Part shown: piece by piece, positions 55,424 to 64,000 of the stretch
Layout: each line of letters opens with the position of its first letter
Numbering within the stretch: position 1 is the first letter of the stretch
Assembly: GCA_937625935.1 (NCBI GenBank)
Contig: OW569381.1
Location: 124,001-188,000 of the forward strand
DNA: 64,000 bases
Reading direction: 5' to 3'
From: Tetramitus jugosus
Lineage: Eukaryota > Protista > Heterolobosea
Position numbers and translations under genes: made by a program
Notes under the pieces: generated by a model
The model's input: the letters and a program-made list of their open reading frames with translations, nothing else
Told to the model about the DNA's origin: nothing
Database searches by the model: none

Positions 55424-58400
55424 TTACTGCTGTTTGTGGTCTTTTGATTGCTGGTAGAGTGTGTGCAAAGTAATGATGCAGCGACTCTTTGCCCAACTAA
55501 CAAAGCTTCGTGCCTTGCGATGGGCTAATTCTAACTTCATTCCATTCTTCACCAATGCATCCATAACTTCGTCAAGAGCTTCACTCTCAATGCCCATCAT
55601 TCCCGAGAGGTACTCCCGACTGGTCTTCCGGAGTCTCGGGAAAAGTACCCCGTTTCTGAATGCCACCTTGTCAAACCACAAATTCACAGTCGATCCTCGA
55701 TGCAATGGGAGTCTGAGCAGTTTGTTATAAACTTCCAACACAAGTTTTCGACGAGTGAATGATGGTTTCTGACTCAGTGCCACACCTTGGACACTGATCC
55801 GGTTCGTCATAATCATACAAATCATTACACACTGATCTAGTGTGTAATGTACCGCTTCTGATCTGTGCATGGAACCATTCCAACTGACGATCTATCACAA
55901 AGGGGTTCTTGAGAAACTCGAATTGGTTCTTGTGCTCCATTGCGGCAGATTGTAACCACCACTCTGGATACTGATCAATTGTGGCCTTTCGTTCCCTGAA
56001 GAAAATTTCTTTAAGGTCATCTCGGCCTCTGGCGTATTGTCCATTACATCGGATTATGTGCAAAAACCCCTTTGAGGGATGTAAATCCTTACTCATACAT
56101 TCTGGCATTGCCTCGACAGTGAATATCAACTCCTGATAAGTTTTTAGGCCGAATCCTCTGCCAATCTCAGTTTTTAGTGCCTCGAAACTTCTAACTTTGC
56201 CTTCTTGCAGTAGTTGTTGCTTCTGATAGAGTCCCGCTCTGCTCAGTAACCTCAATTGTCGTGTTGTTAGGTAATTTGACAAATTACACCCCTCGCAACG
56301 ACTATGAGAGTCGTCAGTGATGATAACTCCTCTCTCGTGCAATCTAACAGCACACCATTTCATGAAGGAGTGTTTGACGCAGTTGATTCTGTGGTCCGAT
56401 TGGAAGACGTTCTCCAATTGGAACGTGTATTGTTGCTTGATATACTCAAGTGAGTCGTACCACAGAATCCCAGCATCCTCATCTCTCTTCCCTCTCATCA
56501 TAGCCTTCACAAACAGTGCAGTGCGAATCGTCACTGCTTCAGAGAAGTTCTCAAGACCGATAGAACCCCATTCTGGGCCTACATAGAGTAACTCACTAGG
56601 GTATCGCTTCATTGCGACTGACTCGTGCTTCACAAGTCTCTTTCCTATGCTCGAAACCTCATCCAGTTGTTTCTTAGTCCACTTGGTGAACTCACATGCA
56701 TATAGGAAGATGGGGTGGATGCACGCATTTACGATGCGTGCGACTTGTCTCGCACCCAGGTTCATGATTTTGAGTCGCTCAATGACTCTCTTCGCTTTGG
56801 CCATGGCCTGACTTACCTGCTGTTCCGTCTTACCATTTAGGTTGAGGAAAAGACCTAACGCACGGAAATACGCCTCGGGTCCCTTTGCTGGGACTCTCGT
56901 GTTGGCAACAACAATGTCGTGATCTTCGATTCGCTCTCCTGGCAGTCTCACGTAAAGTTCCAGTTTCTTGGGGTGCATCTGCATCTTCAAACTAGACAGG
57001 ACACTGTTCATGTCGTTGGCTGTTCTCTCAACATCCTCTTTTGATTCAGCAACAATGTTGCAGTCGTCGACGTAAGCGATGTTCCAGATGTTTTGGGACA
57101 TTGCTTGATAACCAATGGCCCGTTGAGATGCAAACATCAATACTGTTTGATGCACCAACACATACGTGGTGGGAGACAGTGAATCCCCCTGTCTTGTACC
57201 TTTGTTGATGAGGAAGGGTCTTGAAAGTTGTCCTGCGAGTACCTTATTTCCGGTGACCATATCGTTTACCAGTGTCACGATATTCGGTGGACAACCAAAG
57301 AACTCGTAGACTGTTTTGATTGCGTTGTGAGGAACGGAGTCAAACGCCTTGGTGATATCAGTAAGAAGCAGATACAGTTGTTTCTTCCTCCTATTCGCAT
57401 CGTCGATGATCCCCCTGATGATTGAGAGATTCTCTCTGATATCTCTCATACATCTTCCACCACCCTGTGTTTCTGTAAACACTTCACAGTTCTCTGCTGC
57501 TTGGGAGACCCTCTTGTTGAGCAGTCTCCTGTACACCTTTGACAGTGAACTCAGCAGGCAAATAGGTCTGTAGTTATCCAGATTCCTGTGATCTCCCTTT
57601 TTGTAGGCAGGGATAATGATGCTCTGCTTCCACTCTTCGGGAAATCTGCCAGTGCTCGTTATGCTATTGAAGAAGCATGCGAGAATCTCAGACAGTTCCC
57701 TTCTGTAGTTCCTGTTCTTGATGGTCGGTAGTTTCAGCATTTCGTTTTTTATACCGTCCACTCCTGGGGTCTTATTGTTCCTGAGCCAGCCCAGGGCTTC
57801 GTTCACCTCTTCGACAGTCATAGGGGTGAAGGCTTCCCTCATCTCCCTATCCTTCCTGTTGAACTTCAATGATGAGAGGAAGGACATATCCGCTGTTTCC
57901 GTTTTAAACGCACTTTCGAAGTGCAGGGCTGCTTTCTCCGAGACCACTTCTGGATCATGCGTGGTACCAAAATCTCCACAGTGCGAGGTGAATCTAACTC
58001 TTTTCGATTTCTTCGCAGTTGAAGAGGCGAAGAACATTCCAGGACTAATTTGTTCGGAAGTTCTTGCTCTCCATCGCCATTTTTGAAACTGTCTGCTACT
58101 TGTCTTTCTTCTCTCCATGTGCACACGCTTGTCTACTTCCTTAAGAGCAGATAGAGTTGCCATCAAATTGTCATCGTAACTTTGCCCGTATTTAAGACGT
58201 ATGTGAGCACCCTTTGTATGCTCTCCCACCCCATCAGTTAAATCCTTGATCAGCACCTTTCTATGTTGCAAAAGTCTCCTGATTCTTCGATTCTCTCTGA
58301 CGATGGTTTTGTCTTGGGTGGTTTTGAAGCACTCCGAATGCCGAATAATTGCAGTAGTGATAATATTACATTGAACATTGACATCTGCAAGGCTTGTGAC

Positions 58401-59213
58401 CCGTCTGTCTTTCAACTCCGACAGTAGACCTTCCGCATACTTGATCCACCTCGGGTCCTCTTTGTTTGCCGGGAAGCGATGACACTGAACTGCGGGTGTG
58501 TTCCTATCTTGTATGGTGTTGTCTGTTGCCAATCTGACTTCAATTGGCAGATAGTCGCTGCTGATACCATTTTGGGTATAGACTCCCATGCTTTCTATAT
58601 CACTGATCGCCAGTCGGTTGCACCACACGGAGTCGAGTCTGGATGATCCTTGACCTCTGAAGAATGTGTGGAACTTTGTCAAGCCTAGCACTTCCTGTAC
58701 ATCAAGTAAACCGCTTGATTTAGTGGTTGCCTCGAACAACTTTGGATTGGGGTCCAGCTTACCAGATGTTCTGTCCTCTATAGCGAGCACCGAATTGTGG
58801 TCGCCGCCAACAATGAGTTTTCCCTCGACACTACATGTTCCAAGGATCTGTGTCAGCATTTCATAGTGCTCTTCGTCTCTTACATGAGGACCATAATGAT
58901 TGACGAACGTGTACTTGCTCGTCCCCTTGCTCACGTTCACTGCCTGTATCCTGTCACTCGAATGAACCAATCCATAACAGTCAACTGATGTCACTCTAAC
59001 TATTGTAGCAAGATACTTACTGGGAGTCTCACTGATCATAGTGTAGTTTATCCTTGACCACATTCTGTTGGCCTTGGTGCTGAACAGTTCGTCCATGTTG
59101 TGCGCTTCTTGTATCATTAAAATGTCTATGTTGTCTGTTTGAAGAATATTTAGGATGTCACGGAACTTCCCCTTGATTCTGTTGACATTGTACCATACCA
59201 CTCGGAGACTCAT
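55424..59213 (-). pseudogene. ORF2: APE endonuclease, reverse transcriptase, CCHC region and C-terminal extension (frameshift near 55750)
   Basis: APE YNVNR, IQE, NHYGP, GGDHN, SRLD, SDY (for SDH); RT KTPGVDG, YRPICL, DITKAFDSV, GTRQGDSLSP, YVDD; CPRC..ETIIH then a frame switch to the VNLWFD..KTSREYLSGMMG tail (55424..55870 ORF). Confidence 0.92.
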
Positions 59214-60173
59214 AAGGTCGTATCATCATCCACCAAAGTTGTCTCTTGAGATTCCATTCTTGGAGTCACTTCAGCAACCTTTCTCACACTAGCCAATCTG
59301 GGAGGTGTCTTTCTTGTTTTCTTGATTGTGTATCTTGAGAGCCAATCAGATCTTGCTAATCGTTTACCGTTGTTGTTTTTAGGTGTCACGGCTTCCTTTT
59401 CAAGTGTTCTCTTCACAACGTTGGTGATGAATCTCTCTGCCTCTGGGCTGAGTCCGCTCTCAGTCGCACCAACTCCTTGCTTCTCCCTAGTTGGTGTGGA
59501 AGGTTCCGCGTCATTGCTTAAATCCATGGTTGATTCTTGCATTCCTCTGTTCTTTACCACTGTTTCTCGTTGTTCTTGCTTATCAAGCTCATTTTTACTT
59601 GCACCACGCTTGCCTTTCTTGTGTCTGTCACAGGATAGTTCCTTAATTGTTTTTTCTAGAGTTTCGACTTTCCTCATTAGGCTCCCGATCATTTCCATAA
59701 GTTCTTCTTTCATCTTGTACATTCTCTTTCTGTTGACCATTTGCATGTCAATAGGTCTTTCTTGATACTTGCTGACAAATCCATTCTTTTTATCCATTGT
59801 CTGACGGCTTGAGCATACGATGACGACTGCATCGTAACAACTGCAGTGCTGCTTCCACTGATAGCAACATGTTTAACCTTCTCTTCTCCTATCATTGATT
59901 TGATATCCTTCTCAGACTTTCCACTCACATTATGTACAACCAGCTTCTTGTCGTTATCGATTCCTCTTTTCACTGTTGCTTTCATATTCGGCCCACCTTC
60001 TTTGTTGAACATTTCAACAAATTCATACAAGTTATCATCTTTGACATTTGCCCAAGCGATAAATCTCTCCTTGTCCCTCTTGATGACTTGCACTCTCATC
60101 AACCACCCTTCGAACTTCATTCCAATTGCCTTCGCGATTGTACTGGCTGTCCTTTCTCTCTCAGACCCTCTAA
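59210..60173 (-). pseudogene. ORF1 (gag-like RRM/coiled-coil protein), 5'-truncated and split by a 1-nt frameshift near 59790
   Basis: KKLVVHNVSG..TAVVTM (RRM-like) in one frame and coiled-coil MKEELMEMIGSLMRKVETLEKTIKEL in the next. One extra A in TGGATAAAAAG would join them. Confidence 0.7.
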
Positions 60174-61717
60174 TTGCGTTGTTTATTCGTTGTTGTTTCT
60201 CTTCTACATGATGTAGCTGTTTATGACGGCAGAATGCCGTCACTGTTGCATTGTTTGTTGCTGGTGCTCGTAGAGCATCAGCAACCAGCCATCTCTTTGG
60301 AGCTTGTGAAGAGGCGAAGCATCACCTCAATACATCTCCTCTTAGTACTATCCACGAACTGTTTTGCTTTCTTCTTGGCGATATCCTGCTTGATTCCATT
60401 TTTTTTGAGCCCTTTGGCAACTTGTTTCGCAGCTTGCGTTTCTACGCCTAGTATACCCAACATGTATTGTTTCCCAGTCTTCCTTTGCTCGTTAGGTGTG
60501 CGCCTGCCGTTGCACCACTGTTGGTTATCAAACCATATGTCCACACATTGTGACTTGTGCAGTCCCATTGAACTCAGTTTCGCAGCAATTTCCTTTGTGA
60601 GCAAAATTCTGGCCATCCTTGCGACTGGGCAGTTGATAAGACAGTGAAGAACTGTTTCTTGCTCGAAATTCCACTTCGGACATGTCGTATCCATATCCTC
60701 CACGCTATATAGATTCTTCACTACTGCCTTTGTGTGAAGTGTGTGACTTTTAACTAGGGCAACGAACCATTCCAGCTGTCTGGTCACCCTGAACGGACAC
60801 CTCATAAATGAAAAATCAGTGACACCTCCCAAACACTCCTTTTGAATCCACCACATCTTCTCCATCCCAATTGTATCTCTGTACTGTCTGGTGAATACAT
60901 TCCAGAGCTGTTTTTTTTCCGTGACTTCAAAGTTATCCCTGTACATTAGTACCGGCGGAGCTGCGACCCTGTTCTCGTGCTTTTCATTGCACTGAAGCAT
61001 TTCTAGATCCAAGAGGATGTTCCTATAACGCAAAACACTGATTCCGAAGTTGCCGTGACCTTTAACTAGCTCACTGTGCTTAATCCACTTACCTTCTCTT
61101 GTCAGCTGTTTCCTCAGACTGATACCCATCTTGAAGAACTTCTTGGCCACATCATTTGGTTGAGACAAAGAGAGATTGCAACCAAGACAATCGACTTCAT
61201 CACCATATGAAATTGTCAAACAGTTATTGTGCATCCGCTCCGCACACCATCTGAGATATGTGTGCTTGACCAACTCCAACCTATTGTTGGACTGAAAGAC
61301 ATTCTCCTTTTGGAATGTTTGCTGAAACTTGATCTCCTCAAGCGAGTCCAACATAAGTTTGTGAGCTTCGGTGTCACTCTTACCTCTCACCATATCCTTG
61401 ATGGACCAGGCGGTTCTCACAAGGATTGACTGCTCGATTTTGCGCAGACCAAATCCACCATTTTCACTTGAGACCTGCAACAAATCAGACGGGTACCGCC
61501 TCATAACAACGGAGCCTTGTTTGATGAGCGCCTTCCCCATCTGGTTAACCTTCGTGATCCATCCTTTTGTCCAATGTGTGAATTCACACGCATAGAGGAA
61601 CACCGGATGGATGCATGTGTTGATGATTCTTGCCACTTGCCTCGGAGTGAGTTTCATGATACTCAAACGGTTGATCACCCTCTTAACCTTACCTTGCGCC
61701 TGCTCCTGAGCATTTTG
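60174..61717 (-). mobile_element. 5'-truncated non-LTR retrotransposon lacking its terminal hairpin and poly(A)
   Basis: Open ORF2 C-terminus (stop at 60278) closely similar to 23583-25194, but CPKW in place of CPKC. The 3' UTR stops at AATAAACAACGCAA. Confidence 0.92.
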
Positions 61718-61725
61718 AACCAGTC

Positions 61726-64000
61726 TTTTTTTTTTTAATACAACCATTCCGGCTGCTCCGATTTTATTTTCTGATGATTTACACTGGATAACGCTCGAAG
61801 AGCGTTATCTCCTCTGTTACTTTTCATTTCTCACAATGACGCTCGTAGAGCGTCATTGTTATGTGTCTTCCTTGTGGGAGATGAATAGGCGATGAAGGGT
61901 GTCGACGCTCCTCCTCTTCACCCTGTTCACGAATGATTTTGCTTTCTTTTCCGCCATGACCTTCTTCACACCGGTCATCCTCAAACCTTTTGTTACTTGT
62001 TCCACTGCTTCATTTTCCACCCCCATCATACCTGAGAGAAACTCCTTGCTTGTCTTTCGGGTTTCCCTCACCGTAATTTTACCATCCTTCCACACAACAT
62101 TATCAAACCATAAATTGATTTGATGCTTACGGTGAATGCCCAACTTGTCAAGGTCTTTACCTACTGACAATGCCAACCTTCTTCTACGCACGATGGCCCT
62201 TGGACAACGTATGAGACAGTGCTGTATCGTCTCTGGCTCTTTGAGACATCGCTCACATCTTTCCATCACTTCATCCTTGCCGTATAGACAGCGTTTTGTC
62301 TCTCTTGTGTGAAGAGTCCCGCTACGCACTTGAGCATAGAACCACTCCACTTGTCTATCTTGTGGGTACTTCATAAAGCTGAAGTCAGCGCCGCTCCGCA
62401 TTGCGTCAGCTTGCAACCAGTATAGCCCAAGTCCCTTGATTCTTTCAGTCCTTTGTTGGTTCATTATTGACTGTAGCTGCTCTCTACTCTCGATATGGGA
62501 GTCCCCCATCATAAGAGTTTCTGCATTACTGCTGGAGGTACCCTCCCTGAGTAACTGACATCCACACTCGTTCATTTGTGACAGCATGATGTTCAGCATC
62601 TCATGAGATCTTGCCCCGATCTTGCACCCCGGGAATTCGATTCTGGTTTCCTTCGGACTTTTGAGCTTGTGGTCCAGGACCAGTTGGTCCCTGTTTGTGA
62701 TACCACCAAGGTAGAGCTTTTTGAGGATAGCTGATGGCACATATCGTGCTATATTGCAGTCATCACAGTTTTTGTAGACCCGTTCCTTCCCTAGTTTGAT
62801 ATTGTATCTGTGCATTCTTAGCGCACACCACTTCAGGTAAGAGTGCTTAGCGTGTTCCAGCCTGTTGCTTGACTGAAATACATTCTCTGATTGGAATGTT
62901 TGTTTTTGCTTGATCTCCTCAAGCGTGTCAAGCAACAGCTGTTTCGCTTCGGTATCTCTTTTACCAGACACCATGGTACTGACAAACCATGCGGTTTGTG
63001 TCGTGATCGTTTCTTCTATATCGTTCAGACCGATCGATCCATGATCACTGCTGACAGGTAGCAGTTCGGAGGGGAAGCGTTTCATTGCTACCGATCCGTA
63101 CTTGACCAGCATCCTTCCCAATCTGTTCACCTTGAGTATCCATCCATCAGTCCAATCAGTGAACTTCATTAATTTCTTGCTAATTGTTTTCAACCAATTT
63201 TCATCTATGTTTGTGGCCTCCTGCAGCAGTAGTATGTCTATTTGCTCCGACTCCAGGAAGTCTACGACATCACTGGCCTTCCCTTTGATGCCGTTGATGT
63301 TGTACCACATCACTTTTAACATGGTGGCGTTTGTTCTAACTGGGGTTGATTCACTTCAGCATTGCGAGTCGTGTGTACATTAACTATTGTTGATGCAACC
63401 TCTTTGCTGGCTTGTACCAAGTCTTTCATCTGAGCCATTCTTTCGGGTGTTTTGAGGAGTGCTTTCTTCCTCGAGTTCTCCGAGAGCATTGTGTTGGTTC
63501 CATGCTTGCCACTCTCTTTTCTTGGCGTGTCCTCCCTTAGTACCGCGTAGTTGTAAATGAGTGCTTGGCTGTCCGAGAGAGCACACTCTCTCCTCTTAGC
63601 TCGTCTAGCACTTATTAAGAGCTTCTTTCGCTCTTCCATTGTGTGTTCATCGGACGGCTCACTGACACTTAGTGGCTGTGATTGATTATCCACGTTATTG
63701 TTGGGAATCAAGACTGTCTCTTGATGTGGAACTATCTCACCGTTCTATTCTAGCATGATTACATCATTTCTCTCTCCGCTTGCTGTCATGTCCCCGTCAA
63801 GGTTATGAGGAGAACCTTCACAGGGTATTTCTCGTAAATCTGTTATTTACAAGATTTAATGGAATTGTTGTAGTAGTTAGTATCGTAAGAATCGGTGCAG
63901 TATCGAGTAACTTTTCTGTCAGAATTATCTGAGGATCACGCAAAATTCAAAAGGAATGAGGTCAAATTACGTGTGCTGATTTTTGGGCGCGTGGCTGGTC
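61726..64000 (-). mobile_element. Internally deleted (non-autonomous) non-LTR retrotransposon; 5' end at or beyond the window edge
   Basis: ORF1-like 63316-~63845 (in-frame TAG at 63745-63747) overlaps the ATG of ORF2 61859-63322, in which ~53 aa of the APE N-terminus are fused in frame to the post-RT region; hairpins, A11, then target GACTGGTT. Confidence 0.9.

Larger units (their letters stand above)
55287..60173 (-). mobile_element. Near full-length L1-like (APE + RT) non-LTR retrotransposon, probably inactivated
   Basis: ORF1 remnant (RRM-like + coiled coil) overlaps ORF2 at ATGA; ORF2 has APE, RT and a zinc knuckle; 3' UTR hairpins, AATAAA and poly(A). The 5' end is fused to the neighbour's 3' UTR. 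Confidence 0.95.

Noticed and set aside
63989-64000. GCGTGGCTGGTC at the window edge as the 5' start of a tRNA
   Set aside because: Only 12 nt are visible and the expected AACCAGTC target copy is absent before it; more likely element 5' UTR.
51971-64000. CRISPR array, DGR or retron interpretation of repeats plus RT
   Set aside because: Eukaryotic context, no cas genes, no regular repeat-spacer units and no template/variable repeat pair. APE+RT, poly(A) tails and TSDs identify LINE insertions.

Overview
A gene-dense, intron-poor eukaryotic (protist-like) window with standard genetic code, short GT-AG introns and poly-Q/N tracts; the lineage cannot be fixed from sequence alone. It carries about 25 host genes, including SPT16, PEX2, SEC61B and a Rac GTPase (both reconstructed here as spliced genes), MAF1, ALG1, TSNAX, NAR1, GOT2, five F-box proteins, a MYCBP2-type RCR ligase and a UndB-like desaturase, plus three tRNA genes (Tyr, Asp, Ser). 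The main finding is a set of at least five divergent lineages of APE-endonuclease/RT non-LTR retrotransposons stacked head-to-tail in three arrays. Two arrays begin 44-49 bp upstream of the tRNA-Asp and tRNA-Ser genes with the element 5' ends facing the tRNA. The third (about 12 kb, running off the window) repeatedly duplicates one target site. The lineages share a covarying multi-hairpin 3' UTR ending in GTTGTAT..poly(A) and a conserved C-terminal extension. Target-site duplications and a decay gradient away from the tRNA make each array look like a chronological insertion record.
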